NCBI GenBank assembly: GCA_040954595.2
Contig: CM082586.2
Coordinates: 2,175,124-2,239,123, forward strand
Reading direction: 5' to 3'
DNA length: 64,000 nucleotides
Source of the DNA: Balanoglossus misakiensis
Taxonomy: Eukaryota > Animalia > Hemichordata
A program made the position numbers and the translations under genes. Every line of letters begins with the position of its first letter. The first letter of the stretch is position 1. The notes under the pieces are model-generated. The model was not told the DNA's origin. It saw nothing but the letters and a program-made list of their open reading frames with translations, and searched no databases. Of the stretch, positions 1-11,618 are shown piece after piece.

Positions 1-1189
1 TTCTAAATGTCTTATATGCTCGATGTTGATTTACCTTTCAAAATAAACATATGTGTGTGACATTATACGTTGCAAGGACGTTTGTTGGGCATATGGTTTG
101 CGCGTCACCAGAATTAACTATGATATTTTATATGATAATAATATGTAAAGTAATATGCAGAAAGCTTTTGTGATTATGTAGAATCCTGGCCATGGCATGT
201 TCTGTGCCCCCCCCCCCCCGGCAATACAGTCAGGTTACAGCCCTGAGAAGTCGGATACGCTTAGCGAGTTCTCCTGTTTCCACGACTAACACTTGTTAGA
301 CATCTTTGAAGAATGTTATTGGCTTAATTCCCTCACGAGGAATGCCGCCGTTCATTGATTTCGACTGATGAGATTGATCATGTCGATTGTATGCCCGCCG
401 GGGATAATCTCGTACCACACCAGCGCTAAATGTGTTTCCGTGAAGGCAAGGTTTCCCGCTTTTTGTCCAGAAACGCAGCTCCGGGCGTTAAGGTACTATG
501 ACAGACAAATCCGTGATCATTCGCAAATTTAATAACATCTACGGAAATCGGCGATACTATTATGACATTTAACTTATATGTGCATCTCACAAAACGGATG
601 TTGACGTAAATTATTAAAATGATATACTTGACGGCGGTCGACACCGACTGAAAAAAATGTGGTCAACTTAACACACACGCGAGGGTTGGAGAAATGGGTG
701 TGTGTGCACGTGAGTGCATTTATGAAGGTCACCTTGAGGTTTCTTCCTAATGCAATGTTCGTGTTGAAGAGACAAAGAAGATTCATATCTGCTGAGTGAA
801 TTGTCTTGTCTCTTGTTGTACGAATACGATGCCGGTCACGCAATGCAATAGGTCAAACACTCTCGGCAGTCTTGCTGGGTCGTTGTGCTCGGGCGCTCAA
901 CACGATGTTATCTCATGCAAAAGCAATCCATCATTGGGTCGACCTTTTTACGAAAACTGGGAAATCTGTTGAGCATGGCGCTGGCGATGCAATCTGTCAG
1001 CTCTGGCAATTTTATCAGACGGCTCTTCCTGATTGCGTTTCATTCATCCAAAATGTCCGCTTGTTGTAGTCTTGCTTCGGACGTGTAAATGTACTTACAA
1101 TTCATTGATTCAGATTATAGATGTGCTATGTTTACATTCAGGGAAAGATCAAGTCATTTTAAAGTTGCTATTTACAAGTCCCAAGATGA

Positions 1190-2007
1190 TTAAAGGGGAA
1201 GAATCGTCAGAACTGCACATGCGCGACTTTTCTGTTTATAAACAAATCATCTGCTTTGTTCAGTTCCCACTGTGCAGGAAAACCCTGCAAACCAATATTG
1301 ACTTCCTATCTACTGTGTTGTATGGGACCCATGCAGCCGCTGACTGGATGACCCCTGACCCCAATACAGACGACCACCATATTATACAGAGTGATTGTTT
1401 ATCCTTTTCAACTAGACGTGCCTTCAAATGTACTGACAAACCATGTGCGTGCTTTTACGTGAATCTGCGAAAGTGAAAAAAATTGTCATTGAGATCCATC
1501 GGTTGCGATATATTTTCAGGCGACGCCGATTTCCTCTCGGTATATGCACTACTGTTGCTAAAAGGTGAGAACGTGCCTCCGCCTAAGGCTGGTGACGGTT
1601 CTCGTTAGACAATCGACCACTCAACGCAAATAGTGCTCGATTATTCGTGTTCGTCGAAGGCGCTCCATACACTGCCTGTGGTCAACAGAGAGAATTTTCA
1701 AATTTCTGATAAATCAACGGAAACATACCAAAACAACATCGATAATAATGCTGCATTTACAACAGTACAGTACAGTACAGTACAGTACAGTACAGTACAG
1801 TACAGTACAGTACAGTACAGTACAGTACAGTACAGTACAGTACAGTACAGTACAGTACAGTACAGTACAGTACAGCATAGTACAGTACAGATCTGGTTTC
1901 CGTCAGGAACAGACAGCAAGCATAAGTTTGATTTGATTTGTGACATTTGTCGGTTAGTTTTGCTACAGGAGATACAATTACTTGTGAGTACAGGCGTTCC
2001 CCTTTAA
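1190..2007. mobile_element. Possible TTAA-flanked non-autonomous DNA transposon (Kolobok-like ends) containing the TACAG microsatellite
   Basis: TTAAAGGGGAA at 1190-1200 and its exact reverse complement TTCCCCTTTAA at 1997-2007. Complementarity does not extend further, so the pairing may be coincidental. Confidence 0.35.
1762..1890. repeat. (TACAG)n pentanucleotide microsatellite, ~26 units
   Basis: Directly visible tandem tacag run with one variant unit (catag) at 1876-1880. Confidence 0.98.
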
Positions 2008-5000
2008 CAAACTGACCCTGGGTGTTTAAACACTGCTAAGAAAAGAAAAATGATCGAGAAAACGTGTGGTGAACTGTGACTTGAGATGGCATATGTCTTA
2101 AACGGCAATATATTGTCATATTGGTCACATCATGTGGAATTATTTGAATGACAGCTGATAAATGTTTGACCCGTAAAAAGTACGCTGCTTCAAGTTGCCA
2201 AAGCAGACAGATACAACTTCTCTGTGAAGCATTTTGTTGTGTACATGTACACACAACAGAAGGTGTGGGGAAGTATATCTAAAAATTTGGCTCAGCAGTA
2301 TTCTATGGCATTGATGGCCGTGATGACGTCGTCACAGTCCCTGATGCTAGTCTCTTTATGGTGAGCCAATGAACATATCGGGTAATATCTTTCGCAGTAA
2401 AATTTTATTGAATCTATTTGCTCAAGTGGAATCAACCGTGGAAATGACTTCTGAAGATTCTCCTCCCTGCCTTTAAAACAAACTGCGATGCTTTGGCTGC
2501 CCTGAAGAGGCCTTGGGGATTAACCTCGATAGCGCCGTTTTCAGAAGTCACCGATACTCAGATGGCATTTAAATGTTGATGGGATTACACAGCACGTGGC
2601 TTCTTGTTATGCGGGAAATGTGTGCGATGCTTGGCGAGTGTGAAAACAAATAGTGGAATAGTTGAAATTCAGTGACGGATTGCTGCCCTAGAGGTATGAA
2701 AGGCATCGTCAGGTACTGCCTCTCAAGCCTTGTATCTAGTCTGCCTTTTCTTTGCTTCGTCAAAAAATTGTTAGGCTATTTCTTGGCTTGCACACAGTCC
2801 CTGTGCCATGTGGAGGGACTGTGGCTAGCAACCCGTTGCTATGGTATCGACTATTTGGCGATTTTTGGGTCACGGTTGCTCCATACAGAATGGTCGTGTT
2901 TAGGTGAACGACCGATGGCGTACTTTCTTCCTTAATCATCCCTAGCGGTAGTAAAACAGTAAAAGCAGTTGACCATAACTGATTGATTACTCGTCTAGAA
3001 AAGTAAATAAGTTACCGACTGTTTCGAGGACAAACTTCAGTCGTTTTATTTCAAACCAATTCGTCCGAATTTGGTCGTAAATCTATTTTATCGTGTGCTA
3101 TCGATCTGAAATTCCCTCGACAGCAATGGTTATTCACGAGGCTGTTTTAAAGGCAGCCACACAACTGATGACATACACGTGACTGTCCTCAGCATGTCGA
3201 ACGTCAAGCACGCCCTCATACAATAGTACACGTACTACTTCTGTTTTTAAAAGTTTCTTTGCAATCCATTTTGAAAACACAAAGTTTATACTGCTGACAT
3301 TTAACTTGAGATGCTGTCCTTTGATGACCCATAACGAGTGTCAAGTAGTTGGTCACATCGACTGAACGATTAAAATATTTGAGAAGTTTTGAGCATAGTT
3401 GTCCGATGGTGCAAAGACTTCTATGAAATTTCGAGAATGTTGTCAGCGAGAAACATAGCGTGACGTGTCTAATGAGCCGACGCCAATGCTTCACGATTCA
3501 CAGTTACAGATATTGGGAGCTCCCTACAAATACACGGTGTTCTCTCTGCAAGAATGGCGGCATCGCAGCTGGCCATCCCGATCGCAATATCGCAGTCGTA
3601 ACCAATACACGAATAGATATCAACATGTCACATCGGGGACGTGGAAAGTATTCCCAGCGGGAGCGAGATGATCTGACCCGATGAGAATGTCGCGCCCAGG
3701 ACGCTCTGGTATTCTCGCCTTTGCTTCAGTCCCACAGATCTCAGCATGAAGAATAAAGGCTGAAGGCCGAAACAGGCTGACGCAAGGCTACTCCTTGTCG
3801 CGTGTAATGAAACTTGTAATGTTAGTCGTTTAAATAGCGCTCATTATGAGACAATCGTTTTAATTTCTAACGATTCTCGCATACTGAAACCAACCCCCTA
3901 CGGCATGTCTCACAGTCACAATTCCTGAATTCTTGAATTGTGAGTCCGGACTCGAATTCAACTGCGGGCAGCACTGCAGGCAGAAGAAGAAGCTATGTTT
4001 TGAAATAGTGAAAGAGGTCTCAAAGCCAGGGTGTGGCACAGTCCTATTTTACTCAAAATAGTACATGCACCCGCAGACCTAAGCGTTCGAGAAATTGTTT
4101 TCGCTTTATACTTCTAATAAGCATCGCCCAAAATACCAGCCGGTGTCTATCATTTCAATTTAACGTCTCAGTGCCCATGGCAAGTTAATTCGAATGTCAT
4201 TTAACCTCATAAAGCTATAATTCTAATCCAAATAAAGAAGTAATACATGAAATTATATCAATGTGACATGTTAAATTGCATATGAATTTTTCATATCCTA
4301 CGCAGACCCCACAACGTTTATTTACTGTCACGGTAAACGAGTAATTTGTCTTTGACAATTATGACGGATAATTTATTGTGATTATTATGACAATATAGTA
4401 CCAGAACAACGCCTGGACCTCCTCGGCTACAACTTGTGCAGTTCCTGAATTCAAAGCATAATTCCTGTATCCGCTCGCACTTTTACTAGGAAGGTCACAC
4501 GTCAGAGCAAACTAGTTTTTTTGACAGAAATTAGTGTCCGTTTATTAATCAAAATCGAAGAAGGAACTGACAGGAAACGGAGCATTTCGACTTCTTACTT
4601 TAATGCAGTTCTCACGTGCTCATTTTCAGCAAAACGACCAGTTTTCCCGACTGCGCCGTTAAAGCAGTCAGTGGCCATCTTTTATCGCCGTCTGGAGGCT
4701 GATCATTTCATGATGTCGATGAGTGGCGCATCTGTCGGCGAGGAACTTGCAATTGGTCTCTAACGCCTAGATATGTTTAATTACCGCTCGATTAATTGAT
4801 GGGTGTTTTGAACCTCATTTGTTCTTCGCCTCGCATAGTGATGTTGAAAGTGAAGGACAGGTCATGTTACTATGGAAAGTTCAAAAGTGGAAAAAAATCC
4901 AATAAAATCCGATTTTCATAAAAATAAATAATTTTACTGGCTTCTCAAAAGTGAGAAAAGGGAACGGTAACTATGGCTAAATTTGCATAGGATAATTTTC

Positions 5001-7943
5001 AAACAGCTGCTCTATAACCCTGTCGTGCCATAGCGCCACCTACGCCTGAAGTCTTCCAATATTTGTCTTCAGCTCGCAGGTGGGCTATGTAAAGGTAGAC
5101 TCGAGAAAGTAATCAAGCATGCATGTGGGGAAAATTAATCTGATGTGTTCGATAACCGATTCCCTGTTCACGTCCCTATACGTTCATCTACACACACAGT
5201 TTTGCTTTGGATGTAGAGACATACTGCGCACGAACGGGTCACGCAGGAACACTGACTAAAATTGATATTCACGTCGCCGAAATCAACCGAGCGTGTCGGT
5301 ATTCTTGTAAGACAGACGACGAGACGTGCCCTGGCAGAAACCTAAACGATGGTTCTGATCAATTATGGGTCTAATCTCCGAGTGCGCGTGGGTTTTCACT
5401 TATAAACAGCGTTGGAACGTGCCAGGAACCACATCTTGGGGAACTCCTGACAAAATTACATTTTAAACACACTTTTTATAAAAGCAACATTTCCAGCTGA
5501 ACTCGTTGAGGATACGATTTATTAAAAAGGGTGTTTCAAATTATACAACAATCGTGTTCATTTTTCTGTTTGAGCCGACGCGTGTGCGTCATGCCTCAGA
5601 AGTTTTTTCTCCTATTGTTACGATCCGAGTGCCATAAACATCTTTTATGTATTTTACTCTGGAAGCAAGAATGACAATCGGGGTATTGAACAGAAACTAT
5701 AAAATGCAGTGGGAGACGGCTGGCCGATGATGTCGTCTAATTTACAGTCATAAAATGCGAATACGAAATTATAATGGCTGTCACCATTTTCAGTAGAAAA
5801 TATATATCTTGTCGATTGTTTTTAACATTATCGCAAGGACATTGTCCATGCATGTAAATACCAGTCTTTCTATTTGTTGCGTGTAGCAGGAATTGGTCGA
5901 GGTGACAATATGCTGGCGTCTATTTATGATCATGGACAGGCGACAGAATTCGTCCATGTTCCGATGGGATGATGACAACTGTTAGACTATAAGTACGACC
6001 AGCTCTGGGCTTGTAAAAAATGTTGTCCTTATGTAGTCACGCGAATCATAATTCCAGCGGCAAATATTTGACTCGTGAGTCAGTGGGTGAAACAAGGCCT
6101 GTGAATGTAATTACATTGTCTGTCGCCAAGACTAGCTGCTCCCGAACTGTGCCGAAGTATTTGGTCTGTCCATGCCAGGATATCGGAGACAGACTGGTGT
6201 CTACACTGCAGCAAAGATAATCTTCTTCGAACCCGGTCACGTGTATTAAAACTCAAACCGTTTGCTCTGCAGAACATTCGTAATAAAAGTATGATATCAA
6301 AATAACTAGGTTATTGACTGAAATTACAGTATAACATCCTATCGTTGATTTATAGCGCAATTAAAATATTATGGTCGGGTCACCTGATGGTCTATGTATG
6401 GTATCATGCCATACCAGATTTTCGCACCCGCAAAACATGGTGTACCATATTTCCACCGTGAATTTGACACGGTCGCACAGTATTCTAATGTACATGTAAT
6501 TCCGGCCCGGCTGGTCCCCTTTTAAATCATGTCCCATCTGATTGGTCCTTTTTATAGACCAAACACCTTCATACTGATTGATAAACGTTACTTTTTGTAT
6601 TCTGGCGATCGATGGTTCTCGTTTTTGGCCATCGTCGTGAGTGCGCATGCTCCAAAACTTGCGGGGCAATCATAGCGCACGAATGGTAGGAGGAAACTGC
6701 ACGCAAAGCTTCGATTCTCACCAAATTGGCCGTAGTTCAGACGCTTAACTATATTACATGTATCTCCCCGAGCCGCCCAGGGAGGCTCTGCCAAAAGTGC
6801 CTGCCCCCAACAGATACCAGACTAAGTCATTGAACCCGAAATGAATAAAGTCAATTTAATTTAGATTCACAGAACAGCGTCGTTCCGTTCGCAAAAAACA
6901 ACAACCATGAATGTTTGTAAAGTCGCATCCGTTGCTTGACAACAGCACTCTGTGTTGCTGTTGCACCTTCCAATTCCGGTTCAAGCAAATAAAAGGGACG
7001 TCTTGGTTGTGACAGATTCCCGCTGGTCTTGTCTATCCCCCGCTTGTCTGTCTATTTTCTGATGTCTGTTTTCTGATGCACAGATCATCAGAAAGGCATG
7101 TACATACTTGTTAAGTGTTCACCGGCAATTTCATGATTACGAGTGTATTTTATGATTCATGGAGGGTATTTAGTGTTGCCCAGTAAAAGACAGGATAGGT
7201 TGACCTCGGTAACAAACCGCACAATATTTCTTTATTTGGCCGTAATTGGTGTTAAGGGGACAGATGGGTAATAGTGACCTTCCAGGACATCTGGACACTC
7301 TTTTATTGTTCGTCTTCACACAGTTACTCCCTCCGTATGTTGTTAGTGGTAATTTTGTCCCATGGTCGTTGACACCTTGTACATGTATTCAGAGATGTTG
7401 TTAGCGCCATATTGCGTCCGTGGTGGCGTTGACCAAATGACAAAGCATGTGGGTAACCGAAATTCGATTTTTCGTCAAATGGTTTAAACAGATGTCCAAC
7501 GGTGAGACCACAAGAAGGCGATAACCGAAACCACACCCTCCGCTATGGTTTCTACAAAAAATAAAGATTACAACTGGAGAATATTCCAGTACACGTACTT
7601 GCATAATTGCGCATCATAAATTACGCCTCAAACGAGGTTATGTATTAAGCGTCTATTTTCTCTCGTTCAATTCTCATTACCGACCTAAATCGATTGGGTT
7701 TTAATTGGAAGCTATACTATGAATTTGACAGCATAAACAGGGTGATCGATTCGCTCTGCGTGACTCTCGCACAAAGGTGAATGCTCAAGCCACGTCAACA
7801 GTGACCGTGGAAATCCCAGATGAGTTTTGAATCAGGGGTGAAACAGAAGACAACGAACCATATACATACGTTGACCAACATCTATACTTCAAAATGTAGC
7901 CGTCATCAATTAATAAAAGAGAAAGAGAAAGAGGGGTGATGGT

Positions 7944-7946
<3 letters not shown>

Positions 7947-8016
<70 letters not shown>
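7947..8016. repeat. (GA)35 dinucleotide microsatellite
   Basis: Uninterrupted GA run about 1.4 kb upstream of the KCNQ ATG. Confidence 0.98.
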
Positions 8017-8018
<2 letters not shown>

Positions 8019-9324
8019 TCCCTTTCAACAACTATATTTTGTCAGGATTTTTCAATTGTGTATTATGCATGTATGGTTATTGGTGACTGTGGTGTTTAAA
8101 TGGAAAGTATATTACTCGATTATGACGCTTGTCATTAAAAACCAAATGATCTCGTTACCCGGCGCGAAAATGGAATGGCTTCAAGGGTTTCGTTGGCATT
8201 TCATGGTGATAATCGATGGGTTTAATTAATCAGCAAGCAGATTCATGAGAAGATGCCAATACCTTCAAAGGGTAGGGCGGGTATTTCGCTTCGAATGAGG
8301 GGATCTATTCACTTTTTATCAGTTGTGTCTAGGAGACGGTGTCTAGCTGTATTTACGAGTTGGTGTTTTACGACTGTGTATTGTCAAAGTCGTTTGTCCT
8401 GTGAACCTAGTACAATTGGGGTACAGGGATAAGCTTTTGTTGTCGAGCGCCCGCTATGTATTCAGCAGTAAATTCAAATCAAGCGTCCCTTTGTGTAGAG
8501 CGAATACTCCCTGTACTTTGTATTGTGTCTTCTAACTACTTGAAAATGACTTAGGGCAGACACGTCGTAAAATTTTGGAGATATATAAGAAAAACTCTGG
8601 AATGGACTTGATATTTTTTCGTTGTGTGCGCTTTGTGGGTGTCGATGCGCGACGTGTCCATGGAACTTTTGCGGGCTACTTCACGAACAGTTTCTTCAAG
8701 GATCTTCAAGGCTCTCCGTCGACTTGTTCTCCTGTGTCGTTTTGTGTTTTCTGGAGCCACTGAATTGAAAATATTCGAAACTGCACATAATTTGGATATA
8801 TCATCTGCAACGCGTGTCATTGAAAGCGCGTATCTTCAGTATTACGGATTGTAATATCTTCAAGTTTGCTTCAGTGGAAATTACCAGGAGATTTTATGTT
8901 GCGGTACTTAAGTGTGTTTCAGTCACTAAATCATCACGTCTGCTGTGTCTTTTTTTCCGGAACTTGGGATTTTTTATTACTACAAGTTTTACTCGTAGAA
9001 TTGGTCTCGGTCTGAGATAAAGGATGGCACCGCTTCAAACAGAAAAGACGTGATAAAACTTTTGTCTCACGACTGAACAGCTCGCCGGAAAACAACGGTA
9101 CTCGCTGTTCGCTGACACAAACCAGCCGCTTGACAATTTATGACCTTCTGACTAAAGGTTTTTCACGGTTCAGGATTTTTGATAAGAAAACGCTACAATT
9201 GACAAGGAGGTGTCAAATATCAGACAAGGGTGGGGGACCACACCAGCTTTACAGTAAAACTGGGAATATCAAAAAGAGCGCAAACCATGGAAATTCTGAA
9301 AATCTTTGGAAATAAAAATTAAAC

Positions 9325-9382
9325 TTTTTATTATTCCTGTTTTATATATATATTTTTCCCATTTTAATTGTTTTTGTATCAG
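9325..9382 (+). promoter_or_regulatory. Probable 3' splice site (T-rich tract + CAG) 6 nt upstream of the KCNQ start codon, implying an upstream non-coding or alternative exon
   Basis: Long T-rich tract ending tttttgtatcAG (AG at 9381-9382), followed by gtagctATG. A second AG lies at 9385-9386. Confidence 0.55.
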
Positions 9383-9388
9383 GTAGCT

Positions 9389-9780
9389 ATGAATCGGTCA
9401 CGGCGAGGGTGCGTTACCGAAATGAAACGCCTGGACTGCCAATCTTCCGAAGAGTCGGCCGACGAGTCGCCGAAGTATTCCGAACGCCGAGCGCTGCGTG
9501 TGGAATTTCATATGGCGGATGATTGGAAGGATAAGGGGGATGACAGCAGTGACGATCCACATAGCGAGTTACGTCGCAAAGTAAAGCGGGAATTTGTAAA
9601 GGTTCACGGCCGCCGTCAGGCCGGCCGATTCGCAGCACCCAGGATGAGTTTACTCGGAAAGCCTCTCCACTATCGTCCGGCGTCACGGAAAGCATTGAAA
9701 TATCGCAAGACACAGAGTAAAATCTACAACTTTTTGGAAAGACCCAGCGACTGGAGATCCATCACATATCACGTTTTCGT
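9389..9780 (+). CDS. KCNQ5: First coding exon of a KCNQ/Kv7 voltage-gated potassium channel (KCNQ2-5 clade, most like KCNQ5/invertebrate KCNQ): cytoplasmic N-terminus, pre-S1 helix and start of S1; partial CDS
   Basis: The translation contains PRMSLLGKPLHYRPASRKALKYRKTQSKIYNFLERPSDWRSITYHVFV. This matches the N-terminal/pre-S1 segment I recall for vertebrate KCNQ5 (RMSLLGKPL...[27 protein letters not shown]) and Drosophila KCNQ. ATG at 9389; further in-frame ATGs at 9422, 9512 and 9644. The exon ends at a perfect GT|GTAAGT donor (9781-9786) after 392 nt (phase 2), the same position and phase as intron 1 of vertebrate KCNQ genes. The symbol denotes best similarity; in an invertebrate this is probably the pro-orthologue of KCNQ2-5. 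Confidence 0.93.
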
Positions 9781-11531
9781 GTAAGTACCATTTCACTGCA
9801 ATGAACACTGCGCGCGTTCATTATGGATGGCTGTTTTGAGTACAGAAACAGACGCGGACGCGCTCTTTGCGTGTGTTTGCGACAGTGCGCGCTGGGCGAC
9901 GCGAACCATTTTCGCAACCCATTGATGTATTTTAACGGTGTATACACACCTCTTTTCATTCAAAATACCCCCATGCCAAAATTTATTTCCGTCTTTATTC
10001 ACTCGTTGCCGGTGATACATCACGATCTATCGACCGCGGCCGGCCTTCAGCAGCGCTTTCATCATTTGCATCAGCGTCTAACGTTACTGTTCAGTGCGTA
10101 CCGGCTTCATCAGTTAATGCGCGCCGCGGACTGTCTACACAAAATCCCCGGCACGCATTTAGTCCTAGTTTTTGGCAAAAACGACGTCGCTTACACCCAA
10201 GGCGTGTTTTAAAACACATTTACGGGAGAAAACCTCAATTTCTAACGATACAAAACCCATCATCTGAATGTAATTAAGTATACGCGTGTGATGATGCTCT
10301 GACGATGCTTGGCTGATGAATTTAATGACATTTGTTGCAACGACTGCGTAAAAAATGATTCTCCTCCTGAGCTGCGGTCACCTGTATCTTGTGAATTCTC
10401 TACATCTCCTGTTTCACGTACGACGTCGGGAATACTTGAAAATGGAGACAGCGATCAAAGAGGCGATAGTCAATCCGAATTTTCTAGATATTCCCCTATC
10501 TTGTTTTGTGTTGTCGTGCATAAAGAAATTCCAGGGGGGACGCGTAAATAACCCGCGGTATTTACGATCTCATTTTTTTTCTTCACCGCTAGGATTTATT
10601 TTTCCAGTGAAAGATTTCGCTATTTTTTTACTGGAAAAGATGCACGAAAACCCGAATCGCTGCTGGGCAGAAAAGCGATCGAACTGCAAAATAATTCTAA
10701 TACTACATGTACTGTATTATTGATTGTAATATGCATTAAGCATTTACAGTCTATATGTCGCAACAGACGTTAATTGCCGGCGAACAGAATTTTGCATATG
10801 TTGTATATACCCGTACCCGTACCAGTGATATTTTTTATCTCTGCTTAAAATATAGACCTCCTGCGCTGAATAGCTTACGTGATTACTGGCCAGCTTCGGC
10901 CGTCGCGCCTCCACTTTCCGCGGCCGCAGTAGCAGACGCCGGCCGTGTTACGTACTTGGCGTTGTATAATAAAACCAGTCGTGTAGAAAATTAGAGAATG
11001 GCGCATTTTATGTGTGTGTTTTCTTGTCCTTTTTTCGACGGAGATCTCCGTCACGGGCTACCCGCAGCGTCTCAATGATTAATTCCCCACCGAATAGTAA
11101 TTGTGAGGGGACAGGCGATACCTTAGATAAAGAGGGTTGTATTTGATTGCAAATGAGTGTAAATTTGAATGCCGACGCGGTTAATTATTCCGATTCTATT
11201 CATAATATTAGTTTTCGGTGAAACTGGCAGGGGGCTATATTTGTTACGATGGATGACGTTTTGCGATGTTCACGGCAAACTGTTTTTGTTTATAACTCAA
11301 TACAGAAACATGAACGGTAGAATTTTGAGATAATTTTATGGAAATGAATGATTCCAGTTTAGAGCGTCTGGATTGAAGCGCATTTCATAACCAACGGAGT
11401 ATTTAGTGGTTCACTAAATAAAAGTATATATTTATGGAAATGCGCGTTCATTGTGACAAAGGATTGTCGGGTGCTAGTTTCGATTTTTTGTATCAATACT
11501 GGGAGGTCCAGCACTGTGTGTGGCCATGTCG

Positions 11532-11618
11532 GTTTCAGAATCGCTACATATTACTAATCACTGAGTGATCAGCGCGCTGATCACTTTAGTGATTAGTAAT
11601 ATGTAGCGATTCTGAAAC
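11532..11618. repeat. Spacer-less near-perfect palindrome (~43-bp arms)
   Basis: gtttcagaatcgctacatattactaatcactgagtgatcagcg | cgctgatcactttagtgattagtaatatgtagcgattctgaaac. Only one mismatch plus one 1-nt indel; centre at 11574/11575. Confidence 0.95.

Larger units (their letters stand above)
8440..11100. promoter_or_regulatory. CpG-rich region spanning the KCNQ first coding exon (probable promoter/5' regulatory domain)
   Basis: Dense CpG, e.g. about 12 CG dinucleotides in 9781-9900 versus none in 11881-12000. Weak TATA-like TATATAA at 8582-8588. Boundaries are approximate. Confidence 0.5.

Noticed and set aside
806-1476. Overlapping ORFs upstream, and similar ones at 5790-6277 and 25528-25800, as possible transposase or pseudogene remnants
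   Set aside because: I could not recognise any RT, DDE or other domain motif in the frames examined; BLASTX would be needed.
1633-2007. ORFs with STVQY/TVLYC repeats; the regular array could be mistaken for a CRISPR-like or repeat-protein locus
   Set aside because: Translations of the (TACAG)n microsatellite; there are no spacers and the context is eukaryotic.
6511-6527. 17-bp exact match to 42988-43004 (ctggtccccttttaaat)
   Set aside because: Similarity does not extend, and one match of this length is plausible by chance in 64 kb.
7936-8229. ER-repeat ORF
   Set aside because: Translation of the (GA)n microsatellite.
9414-9713. 99-aa antisense ORF over the KCNQ exon (possible antisense gene)
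   Set aside because: Expected shadow of a GC-rich coding exon; no recognisable motif or independent transcription signal.
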